DNA of 8,330 bases, taken from contig CAZMGA010000023.1 in NCBI GenBank assembly GCA_964565725.1, forward strand, positions 1 through 8,330, given 5' to 3'. Of this stretch, positions 1 to 7,267 are shown piece by piece (the stretch's first letter is position 1; each line of letters begins with the position of its first letter). The notes under the pieces are model-generated. The model was not told the origin of the DNA. It did no database searches and was given only the letters and a program-made list of their open reading frames with translations. Source of the DNA: an uncultured archaeon. Its GTDB lineage: Archaea; Iainarchaeota; Iainarchaeia; Iainarchaeales; 0-14-0-20-30-16. A program made the translations under genes and the position numbers.

Positions 1-1857
1 ACAATAACTTCAGATGGTGGCTCTGACGGAGATTCAAAAACTTATAATGTTAAATTAACATCTAATTATTCAGGATCATTAAGTTCTAGTACAAATACTA
101 CAATTACTAGTAATATTACAAAATCAGGAACAAAATTAGCAGAAAGCTTAACATATAAAATTTATGCATTAAAAGGATCAGAAAAAATACTAGTATATTC
201 TAAAAATATATCTGCATCAGAAGTGACCAATGGGCAAACAATTGATAAAGAAATAAAAGCGAGTGATTTATCTGGTAATTTACTTGATTATATTTCAAAT
301 GATAAAATATCTTTTGTTATAGAAATAGATTCTGATGATGATGTTTCAAAAGATAATACTGAAACATTAAATATACCTACAAATTATTTTGAGGTCATAT
401 TAAACGCAAATATAGATTCAAAATTAACTTCTGATATTAATGCAAAAATAATTGGAAAAGTTTCTAAATTAGGAAACTTAAATGATGTAATATTGAATTT
501 ATATTTAATATCTGAAAATAATAAAAAATTAATTGATCAAAAAACAATTGAAAGTTATCCTTATGATTATAATTATTTTTTAAATATTAATACTATTACT
601 GAAAATTTAGATTATATAGATTCACAAGGATATATTAATTTAAAGTTAGAGTTAGAATCAAATGATACAAACGCAGAAAACAATTCTAAAAATTTAAGAT
701 CTAAAGTTGAGTTTTTTGATTTTGATATAGAAAACATACTTTTAAATGATAATAATTATGAATTAAATGATACGTTTGAATTTAATATTTTAGAAACATA
801 TAATTTAGTATACGTTTTGAATTACAGTTCAATAAATAAATTAGGGTTTGCCGAAATAAGATTTATAAATGATTCAAAAAATAGACAAATAAATTCACAA
901 AAATTTACTTTTGGGAAACTAGATGGAAAAGATTTTAATAAAATATTATATGAATTTAAAATTAATTTGTTGACTTTAATGTCAGAACAAGATGCTAGAT
1001 TATTAATAAAATCAGTAATGAATTTAGATAATTCAGAGGATTCTCAAAAAACAATAAATTCTATAATTACTAATTTGGGTAATAATCTAAATTTAAAACA
1101 TGATGAAAATAAATCGTATTTTTTAAGTAATGTTGATAATATAACTATAGATTTAATAGGTTCTGACTTGGAAAAAATTAATTCTAATTTAATTTTTGAA
1201 TATGTATATAATTTTGTAGATACCCCCTCACCTAAAAAAGATGAAAATAAATCATCAAGTTCTAAAGAAAATGTAAAAGAATTACCAACAGATAATGATT
1301 ATGTTTTAAAATATAAACAAAAAATAGGAATTAACGAATTGCAAGAAATATATATTTTTGATACCAAAGATAATAAATTATCTAATATAAATGTTTTAAT
1401 TGATTCTAATAATTTTAGTTGGTATTTAGCTAGCGATTTTAATGGTTTAGTAATATTTGATCCTAATTTTTCAGGTATTTATAATATTTCTTTGCCTTAT
1501 CCAAACATAAAAATAAAAGCTGAATTTGAAGTTATAGATAACTATATAAGTTTAAATGATGAATTTGTAGAAATAACTAGCCAAAGTTCATATTCTGTAA
1601 TGAAAAATAAAATATTTAATATATTTATTTTTGTAGCAATAATTATTATTTTAATTGTAGGTATAATTTTATATTTTGTATTTAAACCTCGTAAAATCTC
1701 TTCAATATATGATTTTTCTAAATCCAATTATTACAATGATTATAATTTAAGAACAGAAATTAAAAAAGAACAGTTGGAAAAAGATATAAAATTTGCATAT
1801 AATGAAGAAAAGATTTTAGAAAAAAAATTAAAGGATAAAACAGGTTATGATTTGTAA
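1..1857 (+). CDS. Large cell-surface / secreted-type membrane-anchored protein, 5'-truncated by the window; single C-terminal TM helix and short charged cytoplasmic tail
   Basis: Frame 1 is open from base 1 (TITSDGGSDGDSKTYNVKLTSNYSGSLSSSTNTTITSNITKSG...) into the tracked ORF that begins at GTG 223, with stop TAA 1855-1857. Beta-rich Asn/Ser/Thr-rich sequence with many N-x-S/T sequons, TM helix NIFIFVAIIIILIVGIILYFVF, then a Lys/Glu-rich tail. Confidence 0.75.
   Translation, partial: TITSDGGSDGDSKTYNVKLTSNYSGSLSSSTNTTITSNITKSGTKLAESLTYKIYALKGSEKILVYSKNISASEVTNGQTIDKEIKASDLSGNLLDYISNDKISFVIEIDSDDDVSKDNTETLNIPTNYFEVILNANIDSKLTSDINAKIIGKVSKLGNLNDVILNLYLISENNKKLIDQKTIESYPYDYNYFLNINTITENLDYIDSQGYINLKLELESNDTNAENNSKNLRSKVEFFDFDIENILLNDNNYELNDTFEFNILETYNLVYVLNYSSINKLGFAEIRFINDSKNRQINSQKFTFGKLDGKDFNKILYEFKINLLTLMSEQDARLLIKSVMNLDNSEDSQKTINSIITNLGNNLNLKHDENKSYFLSNVDNITIDLIGSDLEKINSNLIFEYVYNFVDTPSPKKDENKSSSSKENVKELPTDNDYVLKYKQKIGINELQEIYIFDTKDNKLSNINVLIDSNNFSWYLASDFNGLVIFDPNFSGIYNISLPYPNIKIKAEFEVIDNYISLNDEFVEITSQSSYSVMKNKIFNIFIFVAIIIILIVGIILYFVFKPRKISSIYDFSKSNYYNDYNLRTEIKKEQLEKDIKFAYNEEKILEKKLKDKTGYDL
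1297..1566 (+). other. Probable membrane-proximal beta-sandwich domain (Ig/CNA-B/carboxypeptidase-regulatory-like) within the surface protein
   Basis: DYVLKYKQKIGINELQEIYIFDTKDNKLSNINVLIDSNNFSWYLASDFNGLVIFDPNFSGIYNISLPYPNIKIKAEFEVID has the pattern 'D..n.pl.nv.V.......tD.nG...f.p...G.Y.i......' typical of such folds. It follows a hydrophilic linker PSPKKDENKSSSSKENVKELPTD. Confidence 0.45.
1615..1689 (+). other. Transmembrane helix encoded segment of the surface protein
   Basis: Uninterrupted hydrophobic stretch FNIFIFVAIIIILIVGIILYFVFK followed by PRK. Confidence 0.85.
1820..1827 (-). terminator. Candidate archaeal oligo-T termination tract for the DHH gene
   Basis: A8 on plus (T8 on minus), 17 nt beyond the DHH stop, inside the surface-protein CDS. 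Confidence 0.3.
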
Positions 1858-2918
1858 ATTAATTCTTGTATTTTTTTTAAAAATAATTCTACTTGTTCGT
1901 TAGGTAAGGCGCATCCTGAAGCAAATGGATGTCCACCACCATTTAAATTAGGAAAATCTTTTTTTAAACTTTCTAAAAGTTTTGTTAAATCTAAATTTGG
2001 GCTTCTTAAATTTATACTACATAAATGATTACTACGCATATATATTATTTTTATATAATCCGAGTATAAAAATTCTAAAACGTTTAATAAATATTTTTTT
2101 AGTTCTTTATCTTCAAATTCTAATTCCAAAATTAACAATTTTTTATTTTCATCAATATTTAATTTTTGTAAATATTTATAGGTTTTTTTTAATTCCTTTT
2201 CTTTTATTTTTATAATAAGATTAATTTCGTCATCTGTAAAATATAATATTTCTTTAATGTCTTTTTTCAAAAATAGTTTTTCAAAAATATTTATTTCTAA
2301 ACCTTTTTGGTTGTATATTTTTTCTTCTAATTGGGTTATTTCTAAAGCCATGGGTTTAATCAATTCTGAATTATTCATGAAAAAATCTAAGTCTTTATCA
2401 TTTGTATGTAAATAAGGTAATGAACCAAAAATCATAAAATCAGAAATTGCTCCTAAGCCAGCAATTTTTTTCAAAAACAAGTTTTCATTAAATAAATAAT
2501 AATAAAAATCATAAACTATTGCTGAATTTGATGGCAAATATCTACTTTCAATATATAACGCAGGATTAATTATGTTATCAATATTGTTGTTTACTTTATG
2601 ATGATCAATTACGAATATAGTTTTATCTTTTAAATAATCATAATTAGTCAAACTATAATCTAAAAAGAAAATATATTTATATTTATCAAAACTAGTTTTA
2701 TTTTCCGTATCCAATATTTTGTGTTCATTATCTCTAGCAAAGTGAACGTCAAAATCTTTTTTGTATTTTAAATCATATTTTTCCAATATTTCAGAAAAAA
2801 CAATTGCGGATGAAATTCCATCAAAATCATAATGTGAAAAAATAAGGATTTTTCCGTCAATGTTTTTCAAAATCTTTTTTAAAATTTCGTACTTTTCGGA
2901 AAAATCTAACTTTTGCAT
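1845..2918 (-). CDS. DHH/DHHA1-family phosphoesterase (RecJ-like / nanoRNase-like), 357 aa
   Basis: Motifs ILIFSHYDFDGISSA (HxDxDG), FLDYS, FVIDHHK (DHH), GLGAISDF, and C-terminal NGGGHPFASGCAL (DHHA1 GGGH). ATG on the minus strand at 2918-2916, stop at 1847-1845. Confidence 0.88.
   Translation of the reverse strand: MQKLDFSEKYEILKKILKNIDGKILIFSHYDFDGISSAIVFSEILEKYDLKYKKDFDVHFARDNEHKILDTENKTSFDKYKYIFFLDYSLTNYDYLKDKTIFVIDHHKVNNNIDNIINPALYIESRYLPSNSAIVYDFYYYLFNENLFLKKIAGLGAISDFMIFGSLPYLHTNDKDLDFFMNNSELIKPMALEITQLEEKIYNQKGLEINIFEKLFLKKDIKEILYFTDDEINLIIKIKEKELKKTYKYLQKLNIDENKKLLILELEFEDKELKKYLLNVLEFLYSDYIKIIYMRSNHLCSINLRSPNLDLTKLLESLKKDFPNLNGGGHPFASGCALPNEQVELFLKKIQELIYKS
1871..1878 (+). terminator. 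Candidate archaeal oligo-T termination tract for the surface-protein gene
   Basis: T8 run beginning 14 nt past the stop codon, inside the antisense DHH gene. Confidence 0.3.
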
Positions 2919-2920
2919 AT

Positions 2921-3202
2921 TTATACCAATTCTGCTTTTTTCTTGGCCTTAGTATTTACAATAAAATATCTTTTTTGACCGCATTTACTACAAATTGCTA
3001 CAAAAGTAGGTTTTTTACCCTGTTTTTTTATTTTTATGATGAATCTTGTTTTTCCACCATATCCTTTAACATGTTTCGCTTCGTGCTTTCTTGCATGTTG
3101 TTTTAACACACTTTTTGCACCTGTTTTAAATTCTTTTAATTTATGTGTTTCGTGACTATTACACTTTTTACAATATAATTTAATTTCTTTTGGTACTTTC
3201 AT
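2921..3202 (-). CDS. rpl44e: 50S ribosomal protein L44e (eL42)
   Basis: MKVPKEIKLYCKKCNSHETH...KGYGGKTRFI...AICSKCGQKRYF...KKKAELV has the characteristic N-terminus, KGYGGK motif, C-terminal ELV and two CxxC pairs of archaeal L44e. Confidence 0.95.
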   Translation of the reverse strand: MKVPKEIKLYCKKCNSHETHKLKEFKTGAKSVLKQHARKHEAKHVKGYGGKTRFIIKIKKQGKKPTFVAICSKCGQKRYFIVNTKAKKKAELV

Positions 3203-3226
3203 ATTAATCCCCAGAACGAGTTTAGA

Positions 3227-3238
3227 TATATTTATATA
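3227..3238 (-). promoter_or_regulatory. Candidate archaeal TATA box for the rpl44e-DHH unit
   Basis: On the minus strand the sequence is TATATAAATATA, centred about 30 nt upstream of the rpl44e ATG, giving a short-leader or leaderless transcript. AT-rich background limits specificity. Confidence 0.45.
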
Positions 3239-3261
3239 GATTTATTCTATATATTAATTAC

Positions 3262-3273
3262 TTTATTATATAT
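3262..3273 (+). promoter_or_regulatory. Candidate TATA box for the plus-strand membrane-protein/smc unit
   Basis: TTTATTATATAT, roughly 45-50 nt upstream of the preferred ATG at 3316. An alternative candidate is CTATATATTAA near 3247-3256. Confidence 0.3.
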
Positions 3274-3315
3274 TAGAGAGGAAAATGTTTATAAAGACTT
3301 TTGTTGGTGGAATCT

Positions 3316-4023
3316 ATGTTTAAGGCTTTGGGTAATGCTTTTTTGGATGTTTTTAAAAAACCATTTGTGACATTATATACATACATATTTTATTTTATAA
3401 TATTATTTTTAACAATTATTTTTAATTATTATACTTATAATTTATTATATCCAGAAGGAATTTTTGGAATCTCTTTATTTTCATATTGGTTAAATAGTCA
3501 ATTGTTGTTGTCAATTTTAAACGTGTTGGTTTTCCTATTTTTAACTTATCTTGAAGCATTAATATTTGTGTATATTTTAAACAAAAAAATAGAAAATGAA
3601 AAAAAGTTTAATGGTGTTGCAAAAGTATTTGGTTTTAATATATTTATATTATTAATAATTTTTGTAATACCATTAATTGTTTTATTTTTAACAAATTTTA
3701 ATAGTGTGTTAATGATTATTTATTTGTTTTATTTATTATTTGCAACATTTATATTAAATCCTTACTTATTTATGACTCCTATGTTATTAGTTAGTTTAGA
3801 TTTAAAAAGCGCTTTAACAGAATCTTTTGAATTTGGAAAAAATCATTATTGGAAAATATTACTTTTTGAATTTTTATTTTTAGTATTATTTACTATAATT
3901 TATTTATTGTGTAATTATTTAGATTTGTTTGTAGATGGTTTAGGGTTAATAATATTACAAATATTAACAGTATTGTTTTTTGTTTGGTATACTTATTTTT
4001 CATATAATTGGTATTATAGTTAA
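3316..4023 (+). CDS. Polytopic integral membrane protein of unknown function (about 235 aa, roughly 6 hydrophobic segments)
   Basis: Track ORF 3301-4023 begins with TTG TTG GTG. The more plausible start is ATG 3316 (MFKALGNAFLDVFKKPF...), preceded by SD-like GGTGG at 3306-3310. Multiple long hydrophobic stretches (TYIFYFIILFLTIIF, ILNVLVFLFLTYLEALIFVYIL, NIFILLIIFVIPLIVLFLT, MIIYLFYLLFATFIL, ILLFEFLFLVLFTIIYLL, LGLIILQILTVLFFVWYTYF). Confidence 0.8.
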   Translation: MFKALGNAFLDVFKKPFVTLYTYIFYFIILFLTIIFNYYTYNLLYPEGIFGISLFSYWLNSQLLLSILNVLVFLFLTYLEALIFVYILNKKIENEKKFNGVAKVFGFNIFILLIIFVIPLIVLFLTNFNSVLMIIYLFYLLFATFILNPYLFMTPMLLVSLDLKSALTESFEFGKNHYWKILLFEFLFLVLFTIIYLLCNYLDLFVDGLGLIILQILTVLFFVWYTYFSYNWYYS

Positions 4024-4034
4024 AGGTCATTTAT

Positions 4035-7000
4035 ATGTACTTAAAAGAAATGGAATTAGATAACTTTAAGTCTTTTAAACATCAAAGATTTTTGTTTAAT
4101 CAATCCATTACTGCAATAACAGGCCCAAACGGTTCTGGTAAAAGTAATATTTTTGATGCTATTTTATTTGTTTTAGGGAATAATTCTTCTTTAAAATTAA
4201 GATATAAAAAGATATCTGATTTAATTAATAAAGATCAAAAAGAAAAAATTGCAAATGTTAAATTAACTTTTTCAGATGGTACTATTTTAGAACGATTTGT
4301 TTCTGAAGATTCATCTATTTTTAGACTAAATGGTAAAAGAACAACCCAAGAATCAATAATTAGTTTTTTAAAAGAATTAAAAATAAGTTCAGAAGGACAT
4401 AATTTTGTTCAACAAGGAAACAATAAAAGAATAGTAGATATGACCGGGATAGAAAGAAAAAAATTATTTGAAGATATTGCCGGAGTAAGTTTGTTTGATG
4501 AACAAAAAGAAAAATCAAATAAAAATTTGGAATTTGTTAAAACAAAAATAACCCAAGCAAAAACAATATTGAATGAAAGAAAAATTATTTTAGATAATTT
4601 AACACAAGAAAGAGAAATTGCCTTAGAATATATTGATGTTAAAAACAAAGAAATAATTTATAAGGCTATATTATTGAAAAAAGAGAAATTAAGTTTAGAA
4701 AAAGAGATCCAAAGAAATACCTCTAAAGTAGAATTATTAAATTCAAAAATTCCTGAAATGGAAGGAGATTTAGATAAATTATATTTGAAAATTAATGAAA
4801 ATAAATCAAGATTGAATAAATTGAATGAAGATTTAGATACTAAAACAAAAGAGTTTAATGAAATAGATTCTGATTGTAGGATTTTTGAATATAAAATAAA
4901 TGATACTATTACTAATATAAACAATTTTAAGAATGAATTAATAAAAATTAATGATAAAATTGATAAATTAAAGCAAAATATAAATAATATAGATTCCGTT
5001 TTAGAAAATATAACTGAATTAAAATTAAAATCAAAAAATTTAAAGAAAGAATTAGAAAGTTATGATGCTAATAAAATAGATGAAATTAATAAAAAAATAA
5101 AAGAAGAAAATAAAAAAATAGACTTAAAAATCCAAGAAATATATTCAAAAGTTTATGAATTAACATCTCAAAAGGATAATTATGAAAAAAATATAGAATT
5201 AAAGAAAAATGATTTAATTATGGTTTCAGATTATGAAAAAGAAATAGTTAGTTTTAAAGAAAAAATATTAGATGTTGAAGAATACGAATTAACAATTAAA
5301 AAATATAAAGATGAAAAATATAATTTAGAAGTAAATATTGAAAACGATGTTCAAAAAGTAGATCAAATAAAAGAAAAAATATTTGATTTAAATTCTAAAA
5401 TTGATAAAAATAATAATAAAATAGATTCATTAAAACAAGCAAAAAAGGAAATTTCTGATTTAATTGTAATTAATGATGATTTAGAGATAGATAAAATTTT
5501 AACAGATTTTGAATCCAAAAATATTTATGGCAAATTCTTTTTTGTTTTTAGATCTAATGAAAAGGACGTAAAGTCAAAAATAATTATTAAGGAAATAGAT
5601 TCTGAATTAAAAATTAAAGAATTAATTTCGCAAAACGAAAAATATAATGATAGTTTGATAGATTTTAATGAAGAATTAAAAACTAAAGAAATTAGTTTTA
5701 AAACAAATAGTAAACTTTTGCAAGATTTGGATATTGAATTATTTGATGTTCAGGCAAAAAAAGAAAATGTAGTTAAAAACAACTATGTTTTACAAAATAA
5801 AATTAATATTTTGGAAAATGAAATAAAAAATATTAAATCAAAAGTGTATTCTTTAAATAATGTTGATGATATAAATTCAAAATTATCTAATTTTGAATTA
5901 GAAATTAATTCTTTAAAGTCTAAAAAAATAGAATACAATTCAGATTTTGAAAAATATAAAGACCTAACTAAAAATTATCACGAAGTTTTAGAAAATTTAC
6001 AATCTAAAGAAAAAGAATATAATGATATGATGTTAAATAATAACTTAAATAAAAAAGAAATAGAAAATTATCAAAATAATTGTATAGAAATCCAAAACAA
6101 AATAAATGATTTTAATCAAAAACATGATAAATTAAATATTGAGTTTGAAAATTTAAATAAAAAAAGATTGAATATTAAAAACGAATTAAATTTAATTTTA
6201 AATGATAGAGAGAAATTAAATCTTATTATAAATACAGATTTAGAAAATAAGAACAATTTAAATACCAATATTTCTTTATCTAAAAATGAGTTAAATGATA
6301 TTAGAAAAAATTTGTTTATTAAAGAAGAAGAATTAGTAAAGAAAATAGAAGAAATTAAAAAATATATATCTATAAATCAAAATGTAGATGTTAATTCTTT
6401 AGAAGAAAAAAATTTAGAATTACAAAAAAAATCATTCAAAGATTTGGAAACTGAATATTATAATTTATTAGAACAACTAAATAATTTTGGAAATGTAAAT
6501 TTAAAATCTATTGAAGATTATAAAGAATATTTAGAAAAGTATAATGTAATAAACGAAAGAGTTTTTGCTTTGGAATCCGAATCAGAAGAAATAAAATCAA
6601 AAATTAAAGAAATTCAAATGCAAAAAGAAGCTAAATTTATGACTTGTTTTACAAACATAAATAACAAATTTAAAGAAATATTACAAAAATTAAATTTAAA
6701 TGATTTGGAATTTGGGCTAGTTAAAAACGAAGAAGAAATATTAGAAGTTTTATTAAATGCCAAAAATAAAAGAACTATATCTTTGTCTGGTGGAGAAAAA
6801 GCCTTGGTAACAATATCCTTTTTATTATCTAATTTATTATTAGAGCCATCATCATTTTATTTGTTAGATGAAATAGATGCTGATTTAGATTATAATAATT
6901 CTGAAAAAGTATATGATATGTTGAATGATTATGCCAAAGATTCCCAAATATTTATGGTTACCCATAATCCAGTAGTAGTTAATAAAGCTAATAATGTAAT

Positions 7001-7061
7001 TGGTGTAAGTAAAAATACTAAAGGAATTACTACTGTTTTTATTAAACAGGAAAACCAATAA
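4035..7061 (+). CDS. smc: SMC-family chromosome segregation ATPase, 1008 aa, short variant
   Basis: N-terminal MYLKEMELDNFKSFK...ITAITGPNGSGKSNIFDAILFVLG (Walker A), GHNFVQQGNNKRIVDMTGIERKKLFEDIAGVSLFDEQKEK (archaeal/bacterial SMC Q-loop-downstream signature), long coiled coils, then LSLSGGEKALVTISFLLSNLLLEPSSFYLLDEIDADLD (ABC signature + Walker B) and MVTHNP. SD-like AGGT at 4024-4027. Confidence 0.93.
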   Translation: MYLKEMELDNFKSFKHQRFLFNQSITAITGPNGSGKSNIFDAILFVLGNNSSLKLRYKKISDLINKDQKEKIANVKLTFSDGTILERFVSEDSSIFRLNGKRTTQESIISFLKELKISSEGHNFVQQGNNKRIVDMTGIERKKLFEDIAGVSLFDEQKEKSNKNLEFVKTKITQAKTILNERKIILDNLTQEREIALEYIDVKNKEIIYKAILLKKEKLSLEKEIQRNTSKVELLNSKIPEMEGDLDKLYLKINENKSRLNKLNEDLDTKTKEFNEIDSDCRIFEYKINDTITNINNFKNELIKINDKIDKLKQNINNIDSVLENITELKLKSKNLKKELESYDANKIDEINKKIKEENKKIDLKIQEIYSKVYELTSQKDNYEKNIELKKNDLIMVSDYEKEIVSFKEKILDVEEYELTIKKYKDEKYNLEVNIENDVQKVDQIKEKIFDLNSKIDKNNNKIDSLKQAKKEISDLIVINDDLEIDKILTDFESKNIYGKFFFVFRSNEKDVKSKIIIKEIDSELKIKELISQNEKYNDSLIDFNEELKTKEISFKTNSKLLQDLDIELFDVQAKKENVVKNNYVLQNKINILENEIKNIKSKVYSLNNVDDINSKLSNFELEINSLKSKKIEYNSDFEKYKDLTKNYHEVLENLQSKEKEYNDMMLNNNLNKKEIENYQNNCIEIQNKINDFNQKHDKLNIEFENLNKKRLNIKNELNLILNDREKLNLIINTDLENKNNLNTNISLSKNELNDIRKNLFIKEEELVKKIEEIKKYISINQNVDVNSLEEKNLELQKKSFKDLETEYYNLLEQLNNFGNVNLKSIEDYKEYLEKYNVINERVFALESESEEIKSKIKEIQMQKEAKFMTCFTNINNKFKEILQKLNLNDLEFGLVKNEEEILEVLLNAKNKRTISLSGGEKALVTISFLLSNLLLEPSSFYLLDEIDADLDYNNSEKVYDMLNDYAKDSQIFMVTHNPVVVNKANNVIGVSKNTKGITTVFIKQENQ
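5440..5620 (+). other. Candidate miniaturised hinge region of the SMC-like protein
   Basis: Near the midpoint the heptad-like coil gives way to ISDLIVINDDLEIDKILTDFESKNIYGKFFFVFRSNEKDVKSKIIIKEIDSELKI and then returns to coil. 'NIYGKFFFVF' may correspond to the start of a normal hinge (GvyGxvxdli). Boundaries are approximate. Confidence 0.45.
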
Positions 7062-7093
7062 ATATAACTTTGTATTATAATATATGTGATTTT

Positions 7094-7267
7094 ATGAAAA
7101 TAACTAAAAAAGAATTTGTAGGAAATCCAATTCAAAGCCCGATGTTAAGTTTAGCAGAAAAAGATTTAGAAAGAGTTTCTGATTTAAAAAGATTTAACAA
7201 ATTTTTAAATAATGAAAATTTAGAAGGCTTAAATAAAGATATTAAAGCTAAATTGCTAAAAAAGTGA
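7094..7267 (+). CDS. Small uncharacterised protein (57 aa from ATG 7094; track start at 7070)
   Basis: MKITKKEFVGNPIQSPMLSLAEKDLERVSDLKRFNKFLNNENLEGLNKDIKAKLLKK. SD-like GTGAT at 7086-7090 precedes the ATG at 7094. Fits tightly between smc and cmk. Charged, probably helical. Confidence 0.6.
   Translation: MKITKKEFVGNPIQSPMLSLAEKDLERVSDLKRFNKFLNNENLEGLNKDIKAKLLKK

Noticed and set aside
1542-1727. Minus-strand 61-aa ORF
   Set aside because: Entirely antisense to the well-supported TM/tail region of the surface protein; no recognisable motif or initiation signal.
1982-2215. Plus-strand 77-aa ORF (MLNLNLGFLNLYYINDYYAYILFLYN...)
   Set aside because: Shadow ORF inside the DHH gene; its Leu/Tyr/Phe-rich composition is typical of the antisense of AT-rich coding sequence.
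4409-4924. Two minus-strand ORFs (79 and 88 aa) at 4409-4648 and 4658-4924
   Set aside because: Both are antisense to conserved SMC sequence and low-complexity Ser/Leu/Phe-rich.
4700-6650. A/T-rich repetitive-looking stretch suggestive of nucleotide repeats
   Set aside because: Explained by heptad-rich coiled-coil coding with Lys/Glu/Asn/Ile codons; no true tandem or regularly spaced repeat seen.
4035-7061. Rad50-like identity for the large ATPase
   Set aside because: No CxxC zinc hook in the middle, and the N-head region HNFVQQGNNKRIVDMTGIERKKLFEDIAGVSLFDEQKEK is SMC-type; no adjacent Mre11.
6929-7135. Minus-strand 68-aa ORF overlapping the smc 3' end
   Set aside because: Antisense to conserved SMC head residues and to the small ORF start; no supporting signal.
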